This document shows positions 37,535-47,874 of a stretch of 57,895 nt of DNA, one piece after another. The notes beneath the pieces were generated by a model, which saw only the letters and a program-made list of their open reading frames with translations, did no database searches and was not told the origin of the DNA. Numbering within the stretch: the first letter of the stretch is position 1; each line of letters opens with the position of its first letter. The translations under genes were made by a program, and so were the position numbers. The DNA is from Thermoproteota archaeon. GTDB taxonomy: Archaea > Korarchaeota > Korarchaeia > Korarchaeales > Korarchaeaceae. The stretch spans positions 1 to 57,895 of the forward strand of contig JAVCBY010000045.1 in the NCBI GenBank assembly GCA_037917625.1, given 5' to 3'.

Positions 37535-38290
37535 ATGAGGCTCTTCGATGTCCATTGCCATTTAGAGGATGAATCCTTCGATGAGGATAGAGAAGAGGTA
37601 CTGGAGAGGGCTAGGAAAGCTGGTATCGTGGGGATAGTTACATCACCATTGGATAGGGAGGATTCTATCAAAGCTCTCTCCCTCTTCTCAGGGAATGAGT
37701 TAGTTAAGGTATCCATAGGTCTCGATGTGAGCTATTACGGAGATGAGGAGGAGATAGAGGGAACAATCGAACTTATATTGGAGAATAAGGATGAGATAGT
37801 GGCAATAGGCGAAGTCGGTCTGGATTACAGAGTGGCCTCTATGGGAGGACCCGGGAAGGAGAGGCAAAAGGAGGTGTTCAGGAGGTTCATAAGGTTATCT
37901 GAGGAATTGGATAAACCGCTAGTTGTCCACAGTTTATGGGCTCAGAGACCCGTCCTCAGGATATTGGATGAGGAAGGAGCCACTAGAGTTATCTTACACG
38001 CATTCGGAGGGAAGGAAAGTGATGTTAAATTCGCTGTCAGTAAGGGATTCTTCATAAGCATACCTACTAATGTGATCAGATCTTCTAATGTCAGATCGGT
38101 AGCTGAAGCCACTCCTTTAGAGAGCATGGTGCTAGAATCAGATTCTCCAGTCTTAGCACCGGATGGGGGGAGGAACGAGCCCTCCAATATAGTGAGATCA
38201 GCCGATTTCATATCGAAGCTCAAGGGATGCAGCCCCGAGGAGCTCTCAGATATAACTACGAGTAACGCTAAGAGGGTGTACGGTATTTGA
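37535..38290 (+). CDS. tatD: TatD-family nuclease
   Basis: FDVHCHL, AIGEVGLDY, VVHS, LHAF, LESDSP, RNEP; ATG at 37535 preferred. Confidence 0.92.
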   Translation: MRLFDVHCHLEDESFDEDREEVLERARKAGIVGIVTSPLDREDSIKALSLFSGNELVKVSIGLDVSYYGDEEEIEGTIELILENKDEIVAIGEVGLDYRVASMGGPGKERQKEVFRRFIRLSEELDKPLVVHSLWAQRPVLRILDEEGATRVILHAFGGKESDVKFAVSKGFFISIPTNVIRSSNVRSVAEATPLESMVLESDSPVLAPDGGRNEPSNIVRSADFISKLKGCSPEELSDITTSNAKRVYGI

Positions 38291-39081
38291 GGATCGCTTA
38301 CGATCTTATAGGGTCTAGGGAGACTGGTGCTGTCGCTATAGTCGATATCCCAGAGGGGATGGATCCCATGGAGGTAGCGGACGAGATATTGAGGAGGCAT
38401 CCCCACGTCAAGTCCGTCTTGAGGAAGGCGGGAGGCAGGGAGGGTGATTACAGGACGAGGCCCCTGGAACTCATAAAGGGATCCCAGGATACGGAAGTCA
38501 TACATAAGGAGCATGGATATAAGCTTAAACTCGATCCTAAGCTCGTTTACTTCTCCCCTAGGGAAGCCACTGAGAGGCAGCTCCTCTCAGATTTAGTCGA
38601 GGATGGGGAGCTCATATTCCTGATGTTCGCTGGAGTGGGGCCTTATGCTATAGCTATAGCTAGGAGGAGATCCGTCCAGATAGTGGGTGTGGAGATAAAC
38701 AGTATTGCGGTCAGGTACTTCCAAGAGAACATTAAGATTAATGGATTGAGCCACAAGATCTTCCCGATAGAGGGGGATGTCTCTTATTTAGCTCCAGCTA
38801 TGAGAGGGAGGTTCGATAGAGTTCTGATGCCCCTCCCCCTGGGTGCTTACCGCTTCATAAGGGAGGCCCTGATCTCACTCAAGGAGGGGGGAGGTTACGT
38901 TCACTTCTATTACTGGGGTGGGGGAGATGCCCTAAAACAAGCTGAATCCTTATTTAAGAGGGAAGCTGCGAGTTTCGGGCTCGAAGCTAAGTCAATTGGC
39001 TTCAGGGTCGTCTCGAGCTATGCTCCAAGGGTCGAAAAGATCAGGATCGATTTTTTCGTAAAACCCGTGTTAGTTAAATGA
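38287..39081 (+). CDS. Trm5/Taw2 (Met-10+) family tRNA methyltransferase, short form
   Basis: HKEHG...VYFSPREATER, MFAGVGPYAI, EIN, FDRVLMPLP. Confidence 0.85.
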   Translation: MRIAYDLIGSRETGAVAIVDIPEGMDPMEVADEILRRHPHVKSVLRKAGGREGDYRTRPLELIKGSQDTEVIHKEHGYKLKLDPKLVYFSPREATERQLLSDLVEDGELIFLMFAGVGPYAIAIARRRSVQIVGVEINSIAVRYFQENIKINGLSHKIFPIEGDVSYLAPAMRGRFDRVLMPLPLGAYRFIREALISLKEGGGYVHFYYWGGGDALKQAESLFKREAASFGLEAKSIGFRVVSSYAPRVEKIRIDFFVKPVLVK

Positions 39082-39158
39082 AACGATCAGACAGGGTTAT
39101 ATAATCGGGGCTAGGTAGATTAGGGTGTCCTTGGGACCTCTGAAGGGGGAAAATAAAG

Positions 39159-39911
39159 ATGGAAGGTAAGACGCTTATCTCAGATAAGATCCAAGTCAAA
39201 TTTCAGGAACATCTGAATTATCTGAATAAGTTATATCCATATGAGGAGTCCCCTTTTCATAAACTCTCTACCTCCTACAAGAGGATTGTCGAAGCTATCA
39301 AGGAGGTCCCCAGGCTCCTCTCCGATGGCTTATCCGAGCTCTTCACGGGTCAAAAACAGGAAATTTTGAACAATTTCTCTGAGGACATAAGGTTCTTAAT
39401 AAGCTCCGGAAACCTGAGGGAGCTAGATGATGGGGAGATAGAGACAATACTGAGCTTTCTAGGAGATCTACTCGATTCTATATATGCGATGGTGATCAGG
39501 AGGACCTCTAACGATATCCACAATTACCTGAAATGGACCCCAGAGCTCGGAAATGCGGGAGATAACTTGATTAAGAGTTGTGAGCTCTTCTATAATGAGC
39601 TATTGGAGGAGATAGCTAAGGCTAGAGCTGAGAGGGATATCTATAAGGAGAGAGCTGAATCCACCGAATCCCTCGATTTGATAGTGACTGGGAAGTATAA
39701 GATACTTGAGCTCCTCGAGAGAGAAGGCAGATCCCTGAAGCCAGTGGAGATAGCTAGTAAGCTCAATCTCAGCGAGGTGACCGTGAGGAAGTACATAAAG
39801 GAGCTCATTGAGGAGGGATTGATAATTAAGAACAATAAGACTAGGCCTTACACGTACTCCTTAGGTGATCCAGATTGGAGAGGGAGATTGAGGAGAAAAA
39901 GGTGCTTATAA
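39159..39911 (+). CDS. Protein with N-terminal helical/coiled-coil domain and C-terminal winged HTH
   Basis: KILELLEREGRSLKPVEIASKLNLSEVTVRKYIKELIEEGLI. Confidence 0.75.
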   Translation: MEGKTLISDKIQVKFQEHLNYLNKLYPYEESPFHKLSTSYKRIVEAIKEVPRLLSDGLSELFTGQKQEILNNFSEDIRFLISSGNLRELDDGEIETILSFLGDLLDSIYAMVIRRTSNDIHNYLKWTPELGNAGDNLIKSCELFYNELLEEIAKARAERDIYKERAESTESLDLIVTGKYKILELLEREGRSLKPVEIASKLNLSEVTVRKYIKELIEEGLIIKNNKTRPYTYSLGDPDWRGRLRRKRCL

Positions 39912-40144
39912 TACTTGTTTCACCCATATGCGAGGAATCATTGGAGGCCTCAATTAAGTTGAGAGGATGGGCTCGTGAAAGAGGCTACTCCATAAGGGAG
40001 ATCTCAGCTCTAGAGGATGAGGGCTTGAGCATCATAATAGATCTGAATATAAAGAGGTTGCCCGCTCTCATCTTGAACGGTAAGCTGATTTCCCAAGGTA
40101 AGATTCCTGAGGACCTCGATTCCCTCTTGGGAGATCTCCCTTGA
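39875..40144 (+). CDS. Small thioredoxin-fold protein with a single Cys
   Basis: SPIC in the CxxC position; IKRLPALILNGK..QGKIP cis-Pro loop. Confidence 0.6.
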   Translation: MEREIEEKKVLIILVSPICEESLEASIKLRGWARERGYSIREISALEDEGLSIIIDLNIKRLPALILNGKLISQGKIPEDLDSLLGDLP

Positions 40145-41241
40145 GGACGGATGTCCTCATAGTAGGAGGAGGGATAGCTGGCTCTACTCTCGCCTCCATC
40201 CTATCCTCCAAGGGTTTCGATGTAACCATAATTGATAGGAAGCCTAAGATAGGCTACCCTCATCATTGCTCCGGCATCTTGGGGTTCGATGCGATAAGGG
40301 AGCTCGTAACTTTCTCAGAGGATTGGGTCCTATCGGAGATAAATCACGCTACCTTCATCTCCCCTGGAGGCTTGAAGATCGAGATAGATAAGCCCCTAGC
40401 GAGGGTAGTGGATAGGTCCATGATGGATCTGGAGACGTGGGAGCATGCTCTCTCGCTCGGAGCTAGGGGTATGCTATCGACACCATTCAAGGGACTAGCA
40501 TCTAAGAATGAAGCCATTGTGAGGGGAGGGACTATATCTTTCGACCTTATAGTCGGCGCGGATGGATCCCTCTCATCAGTAGCTAGGGCCTTCGGGTTGA
40601 GGAGAGTGGAAACTGAGTTAGGACTGCAGAGGAAATGCGAGGGGAGAGTAGGGGATAGGTACGTGGTCAAAATTTTGGGAGGGAGCGATTTCTCTTGGGT
40701 TCAGCCTTGGGGAGATTGCGTGAAAGTAGGGGCTATAGGTGAATTTGGGGAGGTGATGGATGTCATAAGAAGTTGTGAAGCACCTATAGGGAAAATTGAG
40801 GGCAATCTAATACCGAGAGGTCCTAGAAAAAAGTTTTGCGGTGAGAATTTCGCTCTAGTAGGGGATGCCGCTGGTCAAGTTAAGCCGTTAAGTAGAGGGG
40901 GCGTTCTTCTCGCTGTGAGAGCTGCTAAGATCCTAGCTGAGGAGTTCGAGTCGAGCGGATTGAGGGGACTCAGCTCATATGAGAGGAGATGGTGGAAAAT
41001 TAATGGTAGGGAGTTAGCGTTAGGGATTGCCGCTAGGAGGTACTTAGAGGGACTATCCCGAAAAGATTTGGATAATATTTTCCTATTTTTAAAGGATTTT
41101 GAGGATATTATTCAGGAAAGTTTCGAGACTGATAGGCAAATTTCCCCACTCAGTAGGCTACCCAAGGCCAAAGTTCTTAAGCTGACCCTCATGAAGCCTG
41201 GGGCGACGCTCCGGGCCATGATGGAGTTAATATGGTGGTAA
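40141..41241 (+). CDS. Geranylgeranyl reductase-family FAD oxidoreductase
   Basis: VGGGIAG, PHHCSG, VGADG, LVGDAAGQVKPLSRGG. Confidence 0.88.
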   Translation: MRTDVLIVGGGIAGSTLASILSSKGFDVTIIDRKPKIGYPHHCSGILGFDAIRELVTFSEDWVLSEINHATFISPGGLKIEIDKPLARVVDRSMMDLETWEHALSLGARGMLSTPFKGLASKNEAIVRGGTISFDLIVGADGSLSSVARAFGLRRVETELGLQRKCEGRVGDRYVVKILGGSDFSWVQPWGDCVKVGAIGEFGEVMDVIRSCEAPIGKIEGNLIPRGPRKKFCGENFALVGDAAGQVKPLSRGGVLLAVRAAKILAEEFESSGLRGLSSYERRWWKINGRELALGIAARRYLEGLSRKDLDNIFLFLKDFEDIIQESFETDRQISPLSRLPKAKVLKLTLMKPGATLRAMMELIWW

Positions 41242-41242
41242 C

Positions 41243-41854
41243 ATGGTGACGATAGCTAACGCTTTGCTAGGTCTAGCCACTTTCCTGATCTCGATAACTC
41301 TCATCAGGAGATACTCGAACACGCCCGAGATAACATCGATCCTGATGAGCCTTAATATAGGCATATACTTCCTCACATCCCCCACCTTAGTATTCGCTGA
41401 CAGCCCTATTCTGTTCAGATACGGTAGCTCCGGCTCTTACTTGATCTCCGGGAGGTATGAGACCTTAATAACTTCCATCTTCTTGCATGCCAATCTAATA
41501 CACTTATTCCTCAATATGTACGCTCTTTACATCTTGGGGAAGGTGGCTGAGATTTCCCTCGGGAGAGCTAGATTCATCTCCCTCTACTTCCTCTCAGGGC
41601 TGATCGGCAATCTCCTCTCCTGCATAATTGACTCGAGTAGCGTGAGCGTTGGGGCTTCTGGAGCTATCATGGGGCTCCTCGGCTACATGGTAGCTATGGA
41701 ATATAGAGTGACGGGGAGGTTCAATCCATCCACTGTACTCTTAGCTATATTCGTCATATTCGGTGGCTTCTCCGCTAACGTAGATGTTTTAGCTCATCTA
41801 GGAGGTTTCCTAGTGGGTTTGGGGTGGGGACTCTCTAGAGCTCCCGCATGGTGA
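41243..41854 (+). CDS. Rhomboid intramembrane serine protease
   Basis: FLHANLIHLFLNM, VGASGA, AHLGG. Confidence 0.93.
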   Translation: MVTIANALLGLATFLISITLIRRYSNTPEITSILMSLNIGIYFLTSPTLVFADSPILFRYGSSGSYLISGRYETLITSIFLHANLIHLFLNMYALYILGKVAEISLGRARFISLYFLSGLIGNLLSCIIDSSSVSVGASGAIMGLLGYMVAMEYRVTGRFNPSTVLLAIFVIFGGFSANVDVLAHLGGFLVGLGWGLSRAPAW

Positions 41855-41858
41855 GAGG

Positions 41859-42398
41859 ATGTTAGTGAGGCTGGTCCCATTCGGCTTCGTGTACTACTGG
41901 ATCCTCGAGTACCTAAGAGAGAACCTCCCTAAAGCCTATGGAGTTGATGTTATAATTAATAGGAGCTCTCTTTCAATCCCGAAATTCGTTTATAATGCTG
42001 CTAGTTCTCAGATAATGAGCGAGAAGTTCTTAGACTACTTGAGGGTCGTGGATAATTGGCCCAGAAGTGAGAAGATATTGGCGATAGTGGATGGGGATGC
42101 TTACGCTAGGGGCACGAACTTCGTCTTCGGTCAAGCTGAGGTCGGAGGTAGGTTCGGGGCTGTCTTCATAGCTAGGTTGAATCCATCCTTCTACGGTGGT
42201 CCTGAGAACGATGGCCTATTCCTCTTGAGGATACTGAAAGAGGCTTCTCATGAGCTCGGCCATATGCTGGGACTGGGTCATTGCGATAATACTAGGTGTG
42301 TCATGAGCTTCAGTAACTCCATATGGGAAGTTGATAGGAAGGGATGGGTGCCCTGTGATAAGTGCAGGAGGTCGATGAGCTTTGATTCCCAAGATTGA
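41859..42398 (+). CDS. amzA: Archaemetzincin (M54 zinc metalloprotease)
   Basis: NFVFGQA, HELGHMLGLGHC...CVMSFSNS...C..C. Confidence 0.93.
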   Translation: MLVRLVPFGFVYYWILEYLRENLPKAYGVDVIINRSSLSIPKFVYNAASSQIMSEKFLDYLRVVDNWPRSEKILAIVDGDAYARGTNFVFGQAEVGGRFGAVFIARLNPSFYGGPENDGLFLLRILKEASHELGHMLGLGHCDNTRCVMSFSNSIWEVDRKGWVPCDKCRRSMSFDSQD

Positions 42399-43131
42399 TG
42401 ATTATGATCTCCTCATTTTAGATATAGATGGAGTCGTTTGGTTGGATGGGAAGCCGATAGAGAGCTCCATAAGGGCTATAAATGAGATGAGATCTGAGAT
42501 TAAGATAGTGTTCCTGACGAATAATTCCACGAGGCACAGGAAGACTATAGCGAGCTTATTGAGGGATATAGGGATCCCATGGGTCTCTGAGATGGATATA
42601 TTTACGAGCGCGAGCGTCCTAGCTAGTCTATCCAGTAGCTTGGGGATAAGGAAGTGTTACGTCGTGGGCGAATCCGGGCTCATTATGGAGCTTGAAGAAG
42701 TCGGTATTGAGATATCTGATGAGGGTGATGTGTGCGTGGGCTTAGATAGAAGCTTCAACTATGAGAAGCTCAAGATAGCTGTGAGGAACATACTATCGGG
42801 GGCTATGTTCTTAGCTACGAATTACGATAGACTCCTGCCCACTCAGGAAGGAGCTGTTCCAGGTGCTGCATCTATGGTCTCAGCTATCTCAGCTGCTTGC
42901 GGCAGAGAGCCAGATATAATTGTAGGAAAACCGAACCCGATAATGTTCCTACATGCTTCAGCGAGCTTGGGCGCTAAGAGGCCTTTAGTCATAGGGGATA
43001 GCGTTGAGACGGATATCTTAGGGGCTATGAGGGCTGGCATGGACTCAGCCCTGTTGCTAAGGGAGGGGAGGGAGGGGACTGGACCACGCCCGAAGTACGT
43101 AGTGAGGGATCTGGAGGAGCTGATCCGCTGA
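42382..43131 (+). CDS. HAD subfamily IIA (NagD-like) phosphatase
   Basis: LDIDGV, LTNNS, ATNYD, GKP, IGDSVETDI. Confidence 0.92.
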   Translation: MIPKIDDYDLLILDIDGVVWLDGKPIESSIRAINEMRSEIKIVFLTNNSTRHRKTIASLLRDIGIPWVSEMDIFTSASVLASLSSSLGIRKCYVVGESGLIMELEEVGIEISDEGDVCVGLDRSFNYEKLKIAVRNILSGAMFLATNYDRLLPTQEGAVPGAASMVSAISAACGREPDIIVGKPNPIMFLHASASLGAKRPLVIGDSVETDILGAMRAGMDSALLLREGREGTGPRPKYVVRDLEELIR

Positions 43132-43157
43132 GGGAAAGGGGAGCTTACATAATCATA

Positions 43158-43571
43158 ATGAGGTCCTCAGGCGGTTCCCTGAGGATAGGAGCTCTCGGAA
43201 CCTTCGAGATACCTGAAGGAATGCTCGCTTACGTGGGCTCAGCTTACGGGCCCGGCGGCCTAATAGCTAGGATATCGAGGCATCTCAGGAAGGGGAAGCG
43301 TCTGAGGTGGCATATAGATTACCTCACCGAGAGCGGGATCGTGAAGATAGAGGAGGTACTAGCTATACCTTCAGCTGAGGAGAGGGAGCTAGTGAGAGTC
43401 TTAATGGAATTCGGTAGTCCCATTATACTCGGTTTCGGTTGCTCAGATCATAAGGATGATAGGTCTCACCTATTCTCATTGAGAGATCTGAATTCCCTGA
43501 GAGCTTTCTTAAGGGAGAGATATCCCCTTCACGAGCTTCACCCTAAGCCTAAGTCTTTAGGGGATATGTAG
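43158..43571 (+). CDS. DUF123 / GIY-YIG-like nuclease (true start may be slightly upstream)
   Basis: YVGSAYGPGG...RISRH...WHIDYL...GFGCSD...SHL. Confidence 0.85.
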   Translation: MRSSGGSLRIGALGTFEIPEGMLAYVGSAYGPGGLIARISRHLRKGKRLRWHIDYLTESGIVKIEEVLAIPSAEERELVRVLMEFGSPIILGFGCSDHKDDRSHLFSLRDLNSLRAFLRERYPLHELHPKPKSLGDM

Positions 43572-44326
43572 AAGTTGAGTTTACACTTATGATAATCCCT
43601 TATCACCTGTCTCGCTGCTTCCTCGATCCTCAATTCACCTCCGCTCATCCATCCCCTCTTCCTAGCAAATTCCTCGATTATGCTGAGGGGGTCGCTCCCC
43701 TCAATACCATAAGCCCTCTTTATCGAGCTGGGGTCCGCCCTCAAAGCCCTCTCAATTAGAGATGAGGCCGCTTCAACCGGATCATTTAACTTCTCAGGAG
43801 GGCATCCCCTTATCGCCATCTCCAGGGGACCGCCCTCTATCGGGATTATACCGGGGGAATCTATTAGGTAAAGCTTCTTCTCTATCCTGAAGAGCTGAAA
43901 GCTCCTCGTATATCCAGGGTTCCCAGGTATAGGGCTAGTCGATGCCGAGGATCTCCCCTTCAGCACGTTTATTATGGAGCTCTTCCCCACCTTCGGGAAT
44001 CCGACGACTAATACTACAGCTGGGAATTCAGGTGCCTCCCCTTTTATTAATCTCCTCAACTTCATCGTGCCCATTCTCTCTCTAGCGCTTATATAAGTCG
44101 CTTTCAGCCCCTCCCTTCTGAATACCTCGACCCACTCATCCAAGACATCTCTGGGAACTAAATCCGATTTATTCATCACTAATATCACCTTCTTTCCCAT
44201 GGAGGAAGCTATTTCCTCCACTCTCCTGCTCCTAGTAGTCCATGGATCTCTAGCATCTAGCACCTCCAGTATCAAGTTGGCCTCACTCATAGTCCTCCTT
44301 ATCTCTCCGAACCCAACGAGTCTCAT
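43538..44326 (-). CDS. Circularly permuted GTPase (YlqF/RbgA-Nug1 family)
   Basis: LEVLDARDP, NKSD, SAR, GFPKVGKSS, PGYT, DSPG in G4-G5-G1-G2-G3 order. Confidence 0.92.
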   Translation of the reverse strand: MRLVGFGEIRRTMSEANLILEVLDARDPWTTRSRRVEEIASSMGKKVILVMNKSDLVPRDVLDEWVEVFRREGLKATYISARERMGTMKLRRLIKGEAPEFPAVVLVVGFPKVGKSSIINVLKGRSSASTSPIPGNPGYTRSFQLFRIEKKLYLIDSPGIIPIEGGPLEMAIRGCPPEKLNDPVEAASSLIERALRADPSSIKRAYGIEGSDPLSIIEEFARKRGWMSGGELRIEEAARQVIRDYHKCKLNFYISPKDLGLG

Positions 44327-44400
44327 CGATTAGATTTCCATCCTCACCTTATCACTTTATCGCTGAATTTATATCCTTCAGCCCCAGGACAGAATGCGAA

Positions 44401-45432
44401 TTGATAAGCATAGTGATCCCCACATTCAATGAGAAGGAGAACTTAGAGGAGCTGCTGAGGAGGATAGACTCCTCCCTCAGGGGCATAGATTATGAAGTGG
44501 TAATAGTGGATGATAATTCACCTGATGGGACCGCTGAGGAGGCCCTAAAACTATCAGAGAGATATCCAGTGAGGGTGATGCTTAGAGCTGAGAGATCCGG
44601 CCTATCCTCAGCTGTCCTCGATGGGATGAAGATGGCTAGAGGCGATATTATATGCGTGATGGATGCCGATCTCCAGCACCCCCCTGAGTTACTTAAGGAG
44701 TTGTATGAGAGGATCCTCGAGGGAGACATAGTGATCGCATCTAGATACGTTAAGGGAGGCTCAGTTGAGGGATGGAGCTTCCTAAGGAGGCTGATATCCA
44801 GAGCTTCAATATTATTAGCTAGGTTACTAATCCCTAAGGTCAGGGGAATAAGGGACACATCCTCGGGATACTTCATGATCAAGAGGGAATGCTTAGATCC
44901 TGAGATAAATCCCAGGGGGTTCAAGATACTCCTCGAGATATTAGCTAAGACTGAATGCACTAGAATTTACGAGGTCCCCTATTCCTTCGGCTTGAGGAAA
45001 CACGGGGAGTCTAAATTGGGATTAAGTACTATGATCAATTACTTACTGCAGTTACTGGAGCTCTCCCCCTTCATTAAGTTCTCAATCATAGGAGCCTTGG
45101 GCACTCTCGTCAACCTCCTCTCATTATACGCTATGAGGTACTTGATAGGATTAGAGCACGAATTAGCTTCCATAATAGCTATAGAGATCTCACTCCTGAA
45201 CAACTTCACTCTCAACGATATCTGGACGTTCAGAAAGAGGAGGAGAGGAAGCCTCATCAGCTCCCTCCTCAATTATCACCTAGCTAACCTAATAGGGATA
45301 ACCACGCAATTCCTCGTCTCCATGTCACTCCATAGGTTCATCGGGGTGGAATCCATCCTCTCTCAGTTTATCGGGATAATAATGGGGTTCATCGTGAATT
45401 ACTCCCTGAGCAGGAGGATAGTCTGGTGGTAA
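44401..45432 (+). CDS. Dolichol-phosphate mannose synthase-like GT2 fused to a GtrA domain
   Basis: IVIPTFNE, VDDNSPDGT, MDADLQHPPE, GFKILLE, R..GESK; C-terminal [13 protein letters not shown]...NNFTLNDIWTF. Confidence 0.92.
   Translation: MISIVIPTFNEKENLEELLRRIDSSLRGIDYEVVIVDDNSPDGTAEEALKLSERYPVRVMLRAERSGLSSAVLDGMKMARGDIICVMDADLQHPPELLKELYERILEGDIVIASRYVKGGSVEGWSFLRRLISRASILLARLLIPKVRGIRDTSSGYFMIKRECLDPEINPRGFKILLEILAKTECTRIYEVPYSFGLRKHGESKLGLSTMINYLLQLLELSPFIKFSIIGALGTLVNLLSLYAMRYLIGLEHELASIIAIEISLLNNFTLNDIWTFRKRRRGSLISSLLNYHLANLIGITTQFLVSMSLHRFIGVESILSQFIGIIMGFIVNYSLSRRIVWW
45065..45115. repeat. 51-bp sequence repeated at the window end (57845-57895)
   Basis: One mismatch; the last 42 bp are identical. 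Confidence 0.95.
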
Positions 45433-45433
45433 G

Positions 45434-47761
45434 ATGAGATCTTTCACACTCGGCTTGATAATATCGATAGTTCTGGCCTCCTCCTTCTTCATATACGCTT
45501 ACAGTGAGGCCTCTTCCCTTAAGTACAGGGGAGATGATTATTACGTGAGTGATGAAGTCTGGTACGTCACTTCATCGAGGAACTTGCTCCATGAAGTCTT
45601 CGGCTCGCATCCCGAGTACTCAGTAGATAGTTACGTCTTCGCTACTATCTCCTTCAATTCTGAGAGCGATTTAATGGAGCATTTAGACGATCTCGATTCA
45701 CTATTGAGATCTATAGGGGGAGAGATAGTTAGAGCGAATTACACTGTGACTGGTGATAGGATAGCGGCCATCTGGGTCATGGTCCCGGAATCCAACTCCT
45801 CTAAACTTGAAAAAATAGATTATGCCAAAATAAGATATGGTTTTGAATATCCATCAAAATCTGGAATATTGGATTATCTTAACTTAGAACATCCACCTCT
45901 CGGAAAGTATATGATAATGCTATCCATGATGCTCTTGGGGGATTCCCCAGCTAACTGGAGGATCCCTGGGATCTTTGAGGGATCCATCATAATAATTTTA
46001 GTTTATTTGATCGTCTCTAGAATTTTAAATCCATTTTGGGGAGTAATAGCATCTATATCAATCTTTCTCGATCCAATATTTCATGCTATGAGCATAGTCG
46101 CTATGCTTGACATACATCTCACCTTCTTCACCACTCTATGCCTCCTCTTCCTCGCCTATGATAAGCCATTAGCTGCTTCCATATCCTCTTGGCTAGCTTT
46201 CTCAGTCAAGTTCAGCGGGCTCTTCCCAGTTGCGTGCACCTACCTCTACCTCAGGATCTACAGAAGGGAGAGGCCCCTGAGAGCTCTGGTAATTTCAATA
46301 CTCCCTAGCTTAATCTATTTAGCTCTCTCAATACCCCTAATAAATTACTTAGGCCTCGAGAGATGGGTCCAGGAGAACTTGAATGCAATGGCTTGGCACA
46401 CGACTAGTAGGGGGAGCGGGCCCACTCCATCCCCTCCTTGGGCTTGGTTCCTCAATCTAGCTCCTATGGCCCTCCATGTGAATCCAGATCTAATCGCTAG
46501 AGTCAACTTCGTTTCCTACATTTTCTCATTCGTCTTCACCATACTCCTTTTCCCCCTCATGCTGAAGGGGGGGAGGCTCTACATACCGATGATGATGATC
46601 CTCTCAATAGTTTTGGGTTACACTGCAGTATATATAGCTGGCAACAGGACCCTCTACAGCTTTTACGCCGTTCAGCTCTCCCCTTCAGTCGCCTCAGCCT
46701 TCTCAATCTCCCTCTTCTACTTAATTATGGAGGACCTCGAGGTAGTGAGGAGGGAGTGGAGATCCCTCTTGGACATGATATTCGGCGATAAAATAGAGCT
46801 TCCGGAGGAGTTGAGGCCTCTTCTCTCTTTTAAGGGGAACAAATCATTTTATATGCTTAACATGATCCTCCCCGTCTTAGTCTCGATAATCCTTCACCAT
46901 AATTTCTATCTCCCAGGAAGCCCTGTGTTCTCAACTAATGCGAGGGATTTCGGGCTCTCATGGATCTTGAGCGATCTCTTAATTAGATCATCAGATGAGA
47001 TATGGGTGAGGGAACTCATCTTCTCCTCTATAACTATAATATCAGCTTTAATAGTCTCCCTAGACTTAGCGGAGCTCGGCTCAATGTATCCGATCCCCAT
47101 ATCTCTGTTAGTGCTATCTGGTTACGACTGGACACTCTTATCCTTAGCCCTAGTTTTAGAATCGATCTCACTCATGAGGAGAGGTAAGAAAATAACCTCG
47201 CTAGTACTCGCTGTACTATCCTGCTCATTGAACCCAATCAACATATTGCTATTCCCGATGATTCTGAGGGGGAGATCCTCCGTAATATTTGCTGCATCCC
47301 TAGTGCCACTCTCACTCCTCTCATGGCCAGAAGAGGGAACGGGTGGGCTCCTACAGGGATTCGCGGGAGTTTATACTCCAGCGATAGCTTTAGCAACTTC
47401 CATAATTTTGACAGCTTATACGATGAAGTACAGCATTTTCTGGAGCTCAGTCTCAGGGATGGGCTTAATGCTTCTCCTCTCAGGGGTCAAGCAATCTTGG
47501 GGCCTCACAGCTCTAGCTCTCCTATCCAAGATCCCTTCAATACCATTAATCGAGCTTCTCCTATCTATCTCCCTGATAACTTATAATAATCCTTCCCTCC
47601 TCTCCAGAATATTGTTTAAGTGCAACCCGTCTAGTCCGAAGGACTTCTGCTCGGATCCCTCAATATCAATAGCTCTCTCCTCTCTAGCGATCATATACTT
47701 GGGGTTGAGGGGATTATACCGCGAGAATAAAATTGAATTGGGGACAGTTCACCCAAAATGA
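45434..47761 (+). CDS. GT-C membrane glycosyltransferase, PMT/GT39-like, with an additional C-terminal membrane domain
   Basis: SDEVWYV acidic pair, LNLEHPPLGK, WRIP, AMLDI, SVKFSG, S.PW.W; many TM segments. Confidence 0.8.
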   Translation: MRSFTLGLIISIVLASSFFIYAYSEASSLKYRGDDYYVSDEVWYVTSSRNLLHEVFGSHPEYSVDSYVFATISFNSESDLMEHLDDLDSLLRSIGGEIVRANYTVTGDRIAAIWVMVPESNSSKLEKIDYAKIRYGFEYPSKSGILDYLNLEHPPLGKYMIMLSMMLLGDSPANWRIPGIFEGSIIIILVYLIVSRILNPFWGVIASISIFLDPIFHAMSIVAMLDIHLTFFTTLCLLFLAYDKPLAASISSWLAFSVKFSGLFPVACTYLYLRIYRRERPLRALVISILPSLIYLALSIPLINYLGLERWVQENLNAMAWHTTSRGSGPTPSPPWAWFLNLAPMALHVNPDLIARVNFVSYIFSFVFTILLFPLMLKGGRLYIPMMMILSIVLGYTAVYIAGNRTLYSFYAVQLSPSVASAFSISLFYLIMEDLEVVRREWRSLLDMIFGDKIELPEELRPLLSFKGNKSFYMLNMILPVLVSIILHHNFYLPGSPVFSTNARDFGLSWILSDLLIRSSDEIWVRELIFSSITIISALIVSLDLAELGSMYPIPISLLVLSGYDWTLLSLALVLESISLMRRGKKITSLVLAVLSCSLNPINILLFPMILRGRSSVIFAASLVPLSLLSWPEEGTGGLLQGFAGVYTPAIALATSIILTAYTMKYSIFWSSVSGMGLMLLLSGVKQSWGLTALALLSKIPSIPLIELLLSISLITYNNPSLLSRILFKCNPSSPKDFCSDPSISIALSSLAIIYLGLRGLYRENKIELGTVHPK

Positions 47762-47874
47762 ACATACTTTTCTAACTAAATACTGCAATTTTCTTAAAAA
47801 TTTTTCAGAGGGATGGCCTTACTTTTTAGTGAAAAGTTTTATTATTTTATGAGCTCGAAACCAGAGGATGCGGC

